Shown: piece by piece, positions 20,071 to 30,879 of the stretch
Position numbering within the stretch: the stretch's first letter is position 1
How the letters are laid out: every line of letters begins with the position of its first letter
Origin: Planctomycetota bacterium
Lineage (GTDB): Bacteria; Planctomycetota; UBA1135; UBA2386
Reading direction: 5' to 3'
Length of the DNA: 64,000 bases
NCBI GenBank assembly: GCA_965223545.1
Contig: OZ245006.1
Coordinates: forward strand, 2,368,001 to 2,432,000
The notes under the pieces: generated by a model
What the model was told of the DNA's origin: nothing
The model's database searches: none
What the model saw: the letters and a program-made list of their open reading frames with translations, nothing else
Made by a program: the position numbers and the translations under genes

Positions 20071-21060
20071 TTGTCGTGCATCGCGCTCACCGCCGCGATG
20101 CCGGTACCGGCGCAACTGCGCTTCCTCGCCGCCGGCCACGGCTACGGCAGCCACCACGGCGACAACGAGGCGCTCGACCCGCGCTTGCTGGCCGCCCTGC
20201 ACCGCGTCGACGCACCCGAGGAAGTGGCGTTCTTGGTGCTGACGGGGGACTTCGTGCGCCGCTGCGACGAGACCTCGCTCGCCGCCTTGCAGCAACAGCT
20301 GGCCCGGCTGCCGTTCCAGACGCACCTCGTGCGCGGCAACCACGAGGCCAACCCCGCCGGCGCAGCACTGCTGCGACAACGCAGCGGCGAGACGTTCTAC
20401 GCCTTCGAGCACGGGGGCGCCCACTTCGTGGTGCTGGACAGTCAGCGGCAACCCCGCTCGATCGACGCTCCGCAGCTCCAGCTCCTCGACCGGACGCTGG
20501 CCGCCAGCGACGCGAGCCAGCCGGTGTTCGTGCTGTTCCACGAGCTGCTGTGGCTGTCGCGGGGCGAGCGCTACGCCGCGGTGCGCGCCAACCGGCGCTC
20601 GCGCCAAGCACGCTCGGCGGGTTCCAACTACTGGGACGACGTGCACCCCCGGCTGGAGGCACGCGCTCCGCAGCCGATCGCGGTGATCGCCGGCGACCTC
20701 GGCGGCAACCCGGACGCCGTGCCGGCCTTCTACGAGGAGCTCGGCCACGTCACCTTCATGGCCTGCGGAATGGGCGAGGTCGACGACGGCTGCCTGTTGG
20801 ACATCAGAGTCGAAGCCGGGGCGATCGCGGCGCGCTGCATCAGCATCGACCCGGCGCGACCACCGCTCCGGCTCGAGGACTGCACGCCGGACGCGTTGGC
20901 GGCGTGGCCGTTGCCGGCGGGCGCGCAGCGAGGCGGCGGCCAATGGCGCTGGGTGCTGCCGCCGGCGGCGGTGCTCGCCGCGGCACTCCTGCTCGCGGGT
21001 TGGCGGCACCGACGCGCGCGACAATCAGCTGCCCAAGACCAAGAGCCCCCGCGATGCTGA
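20071..21060 (+). CDS. Calcineurin-like metallophosphoesterase with C-terminal membrane anchor
   Basis: LTGDFV, RGNHE, LFHEL motifs; ends in hydrophobic helix plus basic RHRRAR tail; start 20071 (TTG) or 20098. Confidence 0.75.
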   Translation: MSCIALTAAMPVPAQLRFLAAGHGYGSHHGDNEALDPRLLAALHRVDAPEEVAFLVLTGDFVRRCDETSLAALQQQLARLPFQTHLVRGNHEANPAGAALLRQRSGETFYAFEHGGAHFVVLDSQRQPRSIDAPQLQLLDRTLAASDASQPVFVLFHELLWLSRGERYAAVRANRRSRQARSAGSNYWDDVHPRLEARAPQPIAVIAGDLGGNPDAVPAFYEELGHVTFMACGMGEVDDGCLLDIRVEAGAIAARCISIDPARPPLRLEDCTPDALAAWPLPAGAQRGGGQWRWVLPPAAVLAAALLLAGWRHRRARQSAAQDQEPPRC

Positions 21061-23450
21061 TCACCACCGATCGCCGCGTGGTCCGCGCCGGCCGCCGGCC
21101 ATGGCGCCGCTGGCTCGGTTGGTGGGCCGCGCACACCGCGCTCCTCGGCGCGGCACTGCTACTCTGGGCTTGGCTGGACGCCGACGCCAACCGAGCGCTG
21201 CGCGACGCCGGCCGCCGTGCCGTCGACGCCGCGCGCAACGCGTGGACCCGCGAGCTCGCGCGCACCCACAGCCAGCCAGCGCGCATCGAGCTGACGCTGG
21301 GTGCCGGCGGCCTGCAGCAGCTGCGGGCCGACCGCGACCGCGCGCTGCGGCAGCGCTTCGCCGACTCGGCAACCAACCGCTGGCTCGCCGCGCGGCTCGC
21401 CTTCGATGGCGTCGAGATGCGCGCCGAGGTCCGGCTCAAGGGAGCGCTGCGCGATCACTGGTCGCACCCGACCAAGTGGTCGGTGCAGGTCAAACTGAAG
21501 GGCGACGATCGACTGCTGGGCATGCGCCGGTTCTCGCTGCAGCATCCCGCCACGCGGTCGTTCCTGCACGAGTGGCTGTTCGCGCGGGCGCTGCGCGACG
21601 AGGGCTGCCTGGCGCCGCGCGTCGAGTTCGTCGACGTCGCCCTCGAGGGGCGGGAGCTCGGCATCTTCACTCTCGAAGGCCAACCCGACCGCTACCTCAT
21701 CGAGGCCCAGGGCCACCGCGACGGTCCGGTCGTCGACCTCGACAAGCGCGACTGGTTGGCGTACTGGCGCTTTCGCTCGGCGCACGCGCAGCTCGGCTAC
21801 TGGAAGGCGCGCTGGTTCTACCAAGAGGCCGCCGTCGAGGCGCGCGGCGGTCCCGACACGACACCGGCCGCGCCTCTGCCCGCGCAGGCCATCGCACTGC
21901 TCGCGGGGTTCCGCTCCGGTGCGCTGCGCGCGAGCCAAGTGTTCGACGTCGAGGCGCTGGCACGCCACCTGGCGGTCCGCGCGGTAATGGGCTCCGCCGA
22001 GCTCGATTGGAAGGACCTGCCGTTTCACTACAACCCGCTGACCGACCGGCTGGCGCCGATCGGGCGCGAAGTGCACTTCCGCCCGCGACCGGACGAGCAC
22101 CATTGGTGGGTGGACGGAGAAGTCGACGGCCGGGCCACCCCGTTGGCCGCCCAACTGTTCGCCGACCACGCGCTGCTGCGCCGCTACACCCAACACCTCG
22201 AGCGGATCTCGCAGCCGGAGTGGTTGGAGTCCCTGCTGCAGCGCCACGCGCGGGAGCTGGCGCGCAATCACGCCATCCTGGCGCGCGAGTTTCCCGACAG
22301 CAGCTTGCCGGTGGAGACGCTGCGCGGTCTCGCCCACGCGGTGCACTCCGCGTTGCGACCGGAACCGGCAGCAGTCGCGCACTGGGCGATCACCGACGAC
22401 CGCGCCACCCTACGCGTCGGCAACCTCTGCCACTTCGCCCTGCGCATCACCACCGACGGCGTGGCCAGCACTGGCACGCGGATTCCCGGCCGCAAGCGCA
22501 ACGACATCGTCCGCTGGCACGACGTGCCGCTCGGCACCGAGCTGCAGCGTCGGGCCCGATCCGCATTGGCGTCCGGCCACCCTCTGCCACCGGTCGCCGC
22601 CAACGTGGACGGCCTGAAGCGGCCGTTGCCAGTGCGCACGGCGGTCGATCGCCCCACGCCGTTGCCCGCCATGCCCGAGGCGGCGGCGGTGCCCGACCTG
22701 CTGGCCCGACACACGTTCTTGGTGCACGTTCCGGCGCGCAACGAGCTGCACGTCACCCCCGGTCATTGGCAGCTGCGTCGACCGCTGTTGATCCCGCTCG
22801 GCACGCGGTTGGTCGCCGGTCCCGGCGTGCGGCTCGATCTCCGCGACGGCGCCTACCTCGGCAGCTTCTCGCCAGTGCAACTGTGTGGCTCCGCCGACCA
22901 CCCGGTCGTGCTCCACTCGACCGACGGAACGGGTGTTGGCATCCGCGTCGACAGTCGAGAAACATCCCGCTTCGAACACGTGCGATTGCGAGGCCTGTCG
23001 GCGAGCTCCGCGACGATGCCGGCCGCCCTCACCATCCGCGGAGGCACGCTCGTGGTCCGCGATCTCCGCATCGGAGGACATGATGGGCGAGGCGGCGGCG
23101 CGCACTGGAGCGACCTCGACTTTCGTTGTGACGGGCTCTCGATCACCGGTGGCAGCACCGGACTCCGCCTGCTGGACGCCTGCGGCACCCTGCGTCACGC
23201 GCGCCTCGGCGAGCTGTCGGGCAGCGCGCTGCACGCGACCAACAGCCGCGTCTTCACCCGCGCGGTCGCCGTCGAGTCGGTCGGCAACGCGGTCGGCAAC
23301 GCCGCGCCGACCGCCGCCCTGCGCTTCGACGACGGCACGCTGGCGGAGCTGTTCGGTGCGCGCATCGCGCGCTGTGGCAAAGCGGTGGAAACGCGCACCG
23401 GCGCCACCGTCGACATGCGGGACGTGCAGCGGCTCGACGACGATCGGTGA
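21054..23450 (+). CDS. Second CotH kinase-family protein, paralogue of 17453-20053
   Basis: Same motif order (EVRLKG..DHW..KWS, FSLQHPATR, WFYQ, VFDVEA, DWKDL.FHY.P); shorter beta-helix; ATG overlaps the upstream gene end. Confidence 0.8.
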   Translation: MLITTDRRVVRAGRRPWRRWLGWWAAHTALLGAALLLWAWLDADANRALRDAGRRAVDAARNAWTRELARTHSQPARIELTLGAGGLQQLRADRDRALRQRFADSATNRWLAARLAFDGVEMRAEVRLKGALRDHWSHPTKWSVQVKLKGDDRLLGMRRFSLQHPATRSFLHEWLFARALRDEGCLAPRVEFVDVALEGRELGIFTLEGQPDRYLIEAQGHRDGPVVDLDKRDWLAYWRFRSAHAQLGYWKARWFYQEAAVEARGGPDTTPAAPLPAQAIALLAGFRSGALRASQVFDVEALARHLAVRAVMGSAELDWKDLPFHYNPLTDRLAPIGREVHFRPRPDEHHWWVDGEVDGRATPLAAQLFADHALLRRYTQHLERISQPEWLESLLQRHARELARNHAILAREFPDSSLPVETLRGLAHAVHSALRPEPAAVAHWAITDDRATLRVGNLCHFALRITTDGVASTGTRIPGRKRNDIVRWHDVPLGTELQRRARSALASGHPLPPVAANVDGLKRPLPVRTAVDRPTPLPAMPEAAAVPDLLARHTFLVHVPARNELHVTPGHWQLRRPLLIPLGTRLVAGPGVRLDLRDGAYLGSFSPVQLCGSADHPVVLHSTDGTGVGIRVDSRETSRFEHVRLRGLSASSATMPAALTIRGGTLVVRDLRIGGHDGRGGGAHWSDLDFRCDGLSITGGSTGLRLLDACGTLRHARLGELSGSALHATNSRVFTRAVAVESVGNAVGNAAPTAALRFDDGTLAELFGARIARCGKAVETRTGATVDMRDVQRLDDDR

Positions 23451-23463
23451 GCCGTCCGCGCGT

Positions 23464-24999
23464 TCACCGCGTCGTCAGGCTGCAGCACCACAACCAGGCC
23501 GAACCGAACCGACGCTCCTCGAGGACGGATCCGTGGTCCGCCACCGCGCCGCGCAGCGTTCGCTCGTCGCGCGCCAGCGCGTGCGCCACCAGCATCCACG
23601 CCCGACCGCCGCCCGCCTCGCAGAGCCGCTCGATGTCGTCCCGCTCGGTGCCGGGCGGCCCTCCGAGAATCACGTCCTGCTGCCCCACTCCCACGCGCGG
23701 CGCGTAGAACGACCACAACAGCGCCGCTCCCCGCGACACGTAGAGCGGCTCGCCGGGCAAACGGTCACTGACCAGATCGTGCAACGCGGCGCGAACCTCG
23801 GGGCGCGTCGGCCCCAGCCAGGCGCCGCGGGCCGCGCGGCGCGCCGGGCCGATGAGAACCGCGATGAACAGCGCGAGGGCGATCCAGCGGCCGGCTGGTC
23901 GCGCGCGGGCGATCACCGCCAGCCCCATGCCGGCGAAGATCAACAGCGCCGGCAGGGCGAACAGCATCAACCGGCCAAAGAAGGGATACAGGCGCAACGC
24001 GGAGGCCACCAACGCCATCGACGGCGGCAGCAGCAAGAGCGCGACGAGGGCGCGGCGCCGCAGCAGCGCCCAACCCACGCCAACCGAGAACAGAAACACG
24101 CCGAGTCCGGGCCACTGCAAGTAGGCGACCCGGTCGAACAAACCGATGATCGCCGCGCCGGTCCAGCGCACCGCCTCCGAGAGCGAGGCCCCCAACGGCG
24201 CGAACGCGCCATCCACCGGCGACCCCGGCTCGCCGCTGCCGCCCCAGAACTCGACCAACCAAGCGTCACCGAGCGAATGACGCAAGTGGACCAAGTAGAG
24301 GGCGGCGAAGCTGCCGGCCCACACGACGAACGCGATCGACAGCGGCGTCGCGACCCCGCGGGCGCGCCGGTACAACGCAACCGCACCCAGCCCACACCAC
24401 AGGCCCGCGACGACGAACACGGCCGGCAGCGAGAACCACAATCCAACGGCCCCACAGGCGACCAGCCACCCCCACGCCGACGCAGCCGCGGCACCCGGCG
24501 TGGCGAATCGCCGGACGATCCGCCAGGCCGCACAAGTGAGCATCAGCGCCACTGCCAGGTCGATCGAGTACGGCTTGACCTGGGCGGAGTAGAAGACGGC
24601 GGGATGTGCCACCGCGAATAGCGCGAGGGCGGCGGTTGCGGCGGGCGCTGGCAGCACGCAGCGCGCCAGGTCGTGCATCAGGAACAGCGCGAGCACACCG
24701 GCCAGCAGGGACGGCAGCCGCAGGACGAGCTCGCCGTCACCGGCGACGGCGACCAACGCCTTGGTCGTCAACAAGAAACCCGGGGACGCCACCTGCGCGC
24801 GCCCAAGCCGCCCCAGCAGCTCGCCCGCGTCGCGTTCGAGCACACCCAGCGCGACCGCGACCTCGTCGAACCACAGCGCCGGGTTCTGCAGCCAAAGGAC
24901 CAGGCGCAGCCCGACACCGATCGCCAGCACTCCGAGAGCCGCCCGGCGCCAGCCGGGGGAAACGGAAGCCTGCTCGATCCGGCCGACTGGGATCATCAT
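23464..24999 (-). CDS. GT-C fold integral membrane glycosyltransferase (PMT/ArnT-like)
   Basis: LWFDE motif after the first TM, LRLPSLLAG, YSAQVKPYS, many TM helices, periplasmic C-terminus. Confidence 0.8.
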   Translation of the reverse strand: MMIPVGRIEQASVSPGWRRAALGVLAIGVGLRLVLWLQNPALWFDEVAVALGVLERDAGELLGRLGRAQVASPGFLLTTKALVAVAGDGELVLRLPSLLAGVLALFLMHDLARCVLPAPAATAALALFAVAHPAVFYSAQVKPYSIDLAVALMLTCAAWRIVRRFATPGAAAASAWGWLVACGAVGLWFSLPAVFVVAGLWCGLGAVALYRRARGVATPLSIAFVVWAGSFAALYLVHLRHSLGDAWLVEFWGGSGEPGSPVDGAFAPLGASLSEAVRWTGAAIIGLFDRVAYLQWPGLGVFLFSVGVGWALLRRRALVALLLLPPSMALVASALRLYPFFGRLMLFALPALLIFAGMGLAVIARARPAGRWIALALFIAVLIGPARRAARGAWLGPTRPEVRAALHDLVSDRLPGEPLYVSRGAALLWSFYAPRVGVGQQDVILGGPPGTERDDIERLCEAGGGRAWMLVAHALARDERTLRGAVADHGSVLEERRFGSAWLWCCSLTTR

Positions 25000-25184
25000 C
25001 TAAAGAACAATCTGGAAAGGCGCCGCGCCGCCGCCAAAGCCTACCCGGGGGCACAAAGCGCCGCGGGGCGCCTGAGGCCGCGGCCACCCCGGCTCACGGC
25101 CAAAACCATAACCCACTAATGGGAAAAGGCTTCCGCTGAATGGTCCGCGTGCGGCCAAAAACTTTCGGCTAGGATGACAGACCG

Positions 25185-25868
25185 ATGGAGTCCCTCACCA
25201 CCGCCAGCCAAGACCTCCTGCAGAGCATTCCGTTGGGTGCGATCGCGGTGGACACCGTCCTCGCCCTGGCGCTGGGAGCGATCCTGGGCTGGCACTACCT
25301 GCGATGGGCCCAGGTGCTGTCGAACAAGCGCAAGCTGGCACGCGTGTTCCCACTCATCGCCGGCACCACCCTGCTGATCGTCACCGTCGTCAAGAGCTCG
25401 CTGGCGCTGTCGCTCGGCCTGATCGGCGCGCTGTCGATCATCCGCTTCCGCACTCCGATCAAGGAACCCGAAGAGCTCGCCTACTTGTTTCTGGCGATCG
25501 CCGTCGGCGTCGGTCTCGGCGCAGGCCAGCGGCTCGCCACCGGTCTGGTGTTCGTTCTGTTGCTGGCGGCCGCGCTGGTGTGGCGCCGGCCGCTGGCGAG
25601 CACGGGACAGCGCACGATGCTGCAGATCAGCGCCGCCCTCGAACCCCCCGCCAGCATCGCCGCGCTCTTGCCGCGCGTGCTCGCCGGCGCGCACGAGGTG
25701 TGCGGCGTCGTCGACCTACGCCGCGTCGACCAGCACGACGGCGAGGCCCACGTCTGCATGATCGTGGACTTCCGCTCCGCCGACGACATCGCCTCGCTGC
25801 TCGACCGGGTCGCACAGATCATCCCGGGGGCATCGGTCAGCGTCATCGACCGCGAGGCACAGGAATGA
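25185..25868 (+). CDS. DUF4956 family membrane protein
   Basis: Signature SSLALSLGLIGALSIIRFRTPIKEPEELAYLFLAIAVGVGLG. Confidence 0.88.
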   Translation: MESLTTASQDLLQSIPLGAIAVDTVLALALGAILGWHYLRWAQVLSNKRKLARVFPLIAGTTLLIVTVVKSSLALSLGLIGALSIIRFRTPIKEPEELAYLFLAIAVGVGLGAGQRLATGLVFVLLLAAALVWRRPLASTGQRTMLQISAALEPPASIAALLPRVLAGAHEVCGVVDLRRVDQHDGEAHVCMIVDFRSADDIASLLDRVAQIIPGASVSVIDREAQE

Positions 25869-26644
25869 ACCCGACCCGCAGCGCGGACGCCGCGGTCCGC
25901 ACGACCGCGCGGCGCTTGGAGATCAAGGCCGTCAGTCGGTGCGACGCCGAGGCCGAGCTGCGCGCAGCGCTGGCCCTGGCGTCGTGCGGTCTGCGGCGGC
26001 ACCATCCGCGGCGGGTCGTGCAGAGCGTGTATCTCGACAATCCCGAACGCACGGCCGTGGCCGACAACGTCGCCGGCATCGCCGTGCGCACCAAGCTCCG
26101 CTGGCGCTGGTACGGCACCGACGACGGCGCGGTGCGGGGACGGCTCGAGCGCAAACGCCGCATCGGGGCACTCGGAGAAAAGGACGTGGTCGCACCACCC
26201 GAGCCGCTGGCGGTGCGCGGCGCCGACCGATGGCGCTTCGTCGCCGACCTGCGCCGACTCTGCCCGCCCGCCGCGCATGCCTGGTTCGCGAGTGCGCCCG
26301 AACCGGCCCAGTGGATCCGCTACCACCGCGACTACCTGATCTCCGCCGACGGCAGAATGCGGGTGACCGTCGACACCGATCTGCGCACGCTCGACCTGAC
26401 AGCGGCAGCCGTGCTCGGCGCGACCGGGATCTTCCGCCGCCACGCCGTGGTCGTGCTGGAGATCAAGATCGATCCGGCAGACGAGGCCGCCGCGCACGCA
26501 CTCCTGCAGCAGCTGCCGGCCGTTGTCGACAAGAGCTCCAAGTTCGTCCTGGCCAGCGCGCCGGCCGAAGCCCCGCGGCCGACCGGGGCGTTCCACCGGC
26601 CCTACCGCCGTTTTGTCGGACCAACTTCGGCCCCGCGCCACTAG
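25865..26644 (+). CDS. VTC-domain (polyphosphate polymerase-like, CYTH/TTM fold) protein
   Basis: R.EIK, VQSVYLD, RTKLRWRWYG, LERKRR, YHRDY, RVTVD, VLEIK, SKF; ATGA overlap with DUF4956. Confidence 0.85.
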   Translation: MNPTRSADAAVRTTARRLEIKAVSRCDAEAELRAALALASCGLRRHHPRRVVQSVYLDNPERTAVADNVAGIAVRTKLRWRWYGTDDGAVRGRLERKRRIGALGEKDVVAPPEPLAVRGADRWRFVADLRRLCPPAAHAWFASAPEPAQWIRYHRDYLISADGRMRVTVDTDLRTLDLTAAAVLGATGIFRRHAVVVLEIKIDPADEAAAHALLQQLPAVVDKSSKFVLASAPAEAPRPTGAFHRPYRRFVGPTSAPRH

Positions 26645-26664
26645 GATCCCGCGCATCGATTCCA

Positions 26665-28560
26665 ATGCGACTCTGGGAGCTTGCGCAAGAGCTCGGGGTG
26701 CCGGCCAGCGAGATCCTCGAGCGCTGTGAGACCGACGGGCTGACGATCATCAGCCACCCGCTGGGTGAGGTCGACGCCAACGCCGAGCACAAGATCCGCG
26801 GCTGGTTCGCCGCTGGCAGCCCGGCCGAACCGGATCCGACTCCACCTCCCGCGTCGCGGCCGGAGCCGCCGCCCAAGCCGGAGCCGGGGCCCAAGCCGGA
26901 ACCGATGCCTCCGGCGCCGACCGCCCCCGCCGCGCCACGCTGGCCGCGGCCGGCGCTGGTGGGCACCAGCTTGGCCGTGCTCACGCTCGCCTCGGCGCCG
27001 GCGCTGCCGAGCTTGCCACCGGCGGCACCGTTCGAGCTGCCGGGTCTCGGCGGCACGCTCGACATCACCGTGTTCTACGTCGTCGGCGCGGCATCGATCG
27101 TCGCGCTGTGCGCCGCCGCCCACAGCCGTGGCCGACCGCGCGTCCGCGGCTTGCTGGCGCACGCGGCTCTGTCCGGTCTGCCGATCGCAGCCCTGAGCAT
27201 GCTCGCGTGGCAGGCGTGGCCGCGCCATCCGCTGGGCCCGGCGCTGCTCGCGTGCGCGGCGTGGACCGGTGCCGGGCTCATGCGCCACGCCCTGTTGCAC
27301 GGGGGACCGCGCCGGCCCTGGTTGCGCGCCGGCGCGTGGACGGTCGCGTTGGCGTTGATCGTCGCCGGCGCCGCCACCTTGATCGGCTGGCGGCCACTGC
27401 CGCGCTCGCTCGCCGACCTTCGCCACCTCGCCGGTGCGGACCTCAGGCACGTCGACCTCAGCGCGCAGAGCCTGCGCGGCGCCGACTTGCGCGGCGCCGA
27501 CCTGCGCTTCGCGCGGCTGATCGGCTGCGACCTCGAAGGCGCGCAGCTCGACGGCACCGACCTCGGCCGCGCCGACCTCACCGGCTCGAGCCTGATCAAT
27601 GCGAGCCTGGCCGACGCCGACCTGCGCCACGCCAATCTGGACTCCACCAACCTCGCGGGTTGCGACCTGCGCGGCACGCGCTTCGGCCGCGCGGTGCTGA
27701 TCCGCACGGTCCTCGACGATGCGCTGCTCAGCGGCGCCGACCTCGCCGGCGCCTGCCTGTCGGAGTGCCGGCTGCGCGGCGCCGACCTGCGCGGCGTCGA
27801 GCTCGGCCGGGTCGAGCTGCGCGGCGCGGGTCTGGCCGGAGTCCGCCTCGACGGCGCGGATCTGCGCGCCCTCGACCTGCGTTGGTGCAAGCTGAGCGAC
27901 GCCGAGCTCGCCGGCGCGAAGCTCGCCGGGGCCGATCTGCGCGGCGCGCGGCTCGACGGCGCGCGGCTGGCGCGTGCCGATCTCCGCGGCGCTCGCCTGG
28001 AGGGCGCCGATTTGCGCGGTGCCGACCTCGATGGCGCGGCGCTGGACACCGCGGCGCTGCGCGCGGTCAAGCTGCGCGGCGCGCGGCTGGGTGGCTTGCG
28101 CGCGGTGGGACTCGACCTGCACGCCCTCGACTGGCGCGGCGTGGACCTGCGCGGCGCGGTGCTCAGCGATGCCGACCTGTCGCAGACCGATCTGCGTGGA
28201 GCACTGCTCGCCGGCGCGATCTTGCAGCGCGCCGACCTGCGCGAGACCCGACTCGACGGTGCCGACCTGCGCGGCGCCGACCTGCGCGAAGCACTGCTCG
28301 CCGGCGCGACCTTGGGGCCGACCGGCACCAGCGCGGTGCGCGAAGCCAGCGCTCGCACCGACGGACACGACGGTACCGGCGCCGCGCAACCGGCAAAGCT
28401 CGGCGGCGCTGACTTGCGCGGCGCTCGTGGCCTCAGTTGTCAACAGCTGCGCTGCGCCCTCGAGTGGGATCGCGCCGCGCGCGACGAACTCCTGCGGTGC
28501 GGCGCGGCGATTCCATCGCCACCGCGGCAGCGCGACCGCCAACCGAGCTCCGGCCGCTGA
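26665..28560 (+). CDS. Membrane protein with IF2-N-like N-terminus and long pentapeptide-repeat domain
   Basis: MRLWELAQELGVPASEILERC; Pro-rich linker; about five hydrophobic helices; dozens of A(D/N)LxG pentapeptides. Confidence 0.85.
   Translation: MRLWELAQELGVPASEILERCETDGLTIISHPLGEVDANAEHKIRGWFAAGSPAEPDPTPPPASRPEPPPKPEPGPKPEPMPPAPTAPAAPRWPRPALVGTSLAVLTLASAPALPSLPPAAPFELPGLGGTLDITVFYVVGAASIVALCAAAHSRGRPRVRGLLAHAALSGLPIAALSMLAWQAWPRHPLGPALLACAAWTGAGLMRHALLHGGPRRPWLRAGAWTVALALIVAGAATLIGWRPLPRSLADLRHLAGADLRHVDLSAQSLRGADLRGADLRFARLIGCDLEGAQLDGTDLGRADLTGSSLINASLADADLRHANLDSTNLAGCDLRGTRFGRAVLIRTVLDDALLSGADLAGACLSECRLRGADLRGVELGRVELRGAGLAGVRLDGADLRALDLRWCKLSDAELAGAKLAGADLRGARLDGARLARADLRGARLEGADLRGADLDGAALDTAALRAVKLRGARLGGLRAVGLDLHALDWRGVDLRGAVLSDADLSQTDLRGALLAGAILQRADLRETRLDGADLRGADLREALLAGATLGPTGTSAVREASARTDGHDGTGAAQPAKLGGADLRGARGLSCQQLRCALEWDRAARDELLRCGAAIPSPPRQRDRQPSSGR
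27427..28430 (+). repeat. Coding pentapeptide repeat array with 15-nt periodicity
   Basis: Recurrent ggcgccgacctgcgc-like units. Confidence 0.85.
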
Positions 28561-28567
28561 CACGACG

Positions 28568-28969
28568 ATGGCGGAGCCACCGACATCGACCGAGGTCCTC
28601 GCGGCGCTGCAGGCCCTGCCACCGACCGAGCTCAAGATCGTCGGCGGCCTGGCGACACTCATGATCGCCAACCCGCAGTCGGTCCGCGATTCGGAGTGGA
28701 TCTCCGAGCGAGTCGTCGAGCTCACCGTGTTGGCGGAACACCACCCCGCCGAAGGCGCGCCGGCGGCGACATCCGCCGACGTCGAGCGGGTGCGCGCGTT
28801 CGTCCAAGAGCGCATCCACGACCTGGTCGGCCACGCGATGCAGCTGTTCGTCCGCACGGCCCTCGACCTTCAACAGACCGGCATGCCGTTCTCCTTCGCC
28901 GACGCGCGTGCGGTGGTCTTGGGCTACGTCGGCAGCGAGCACGAGCTGCCGCTGAAGACCGACAACTGA
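28568..28969 (+). CDS. Hypothetical helical protein
   Basis: ATG 7 nt after the previous stop; good codon bias; no recognisable motif. Confidence 0.6.
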   Translation: MAEPPTSTEVLAALQALPPTELKIVGGLATLMIANPQSVRDSEWISERVVELTVLAEHHPAEGAPAATSADVERVRAFVQERIHDLVGHAMQLFVRTALDLQQTGMPFSFADARAVVLGYVGSEHELPLKTDN

Positions 28970-29030
28970 GACCGACTCGCGCCGCGCGACGGTTGGAGGC
29001 GCGACGCCGGCCAGTGCTACGATCACGCGG

Positions 29031-30827
<1,797 letters not shown>

Positions 30828-30879
30828 AGTCGACAGGGCCCGGCGACCGATCTCATCCTGAGAACGGCCCCGATCTCCG

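Noticed and set aside
19992..21053. Apparent N-terminal extension making CotH2 1152 aa
   Set aside because: Arg/Pro-rich off-frame read-through over the phosphoesterase gene; the MLIT start at 21054 matches the paralogue
25939..26664. Apparent N-terminal extension of the pentapeptide protein, and the 25304 extension of the VTC ORF
   Set aside because: These overlap genuine upstream genes in other frames; better starts are at 26665 and 25865
27427..28430. Periodic DNA repeats that could suggest a CRISPR array or satellite
   Set aside because: 15-nt degenerate coding periodicity of pentapeptide repeats; no repeat-spacer structure and no cas genes
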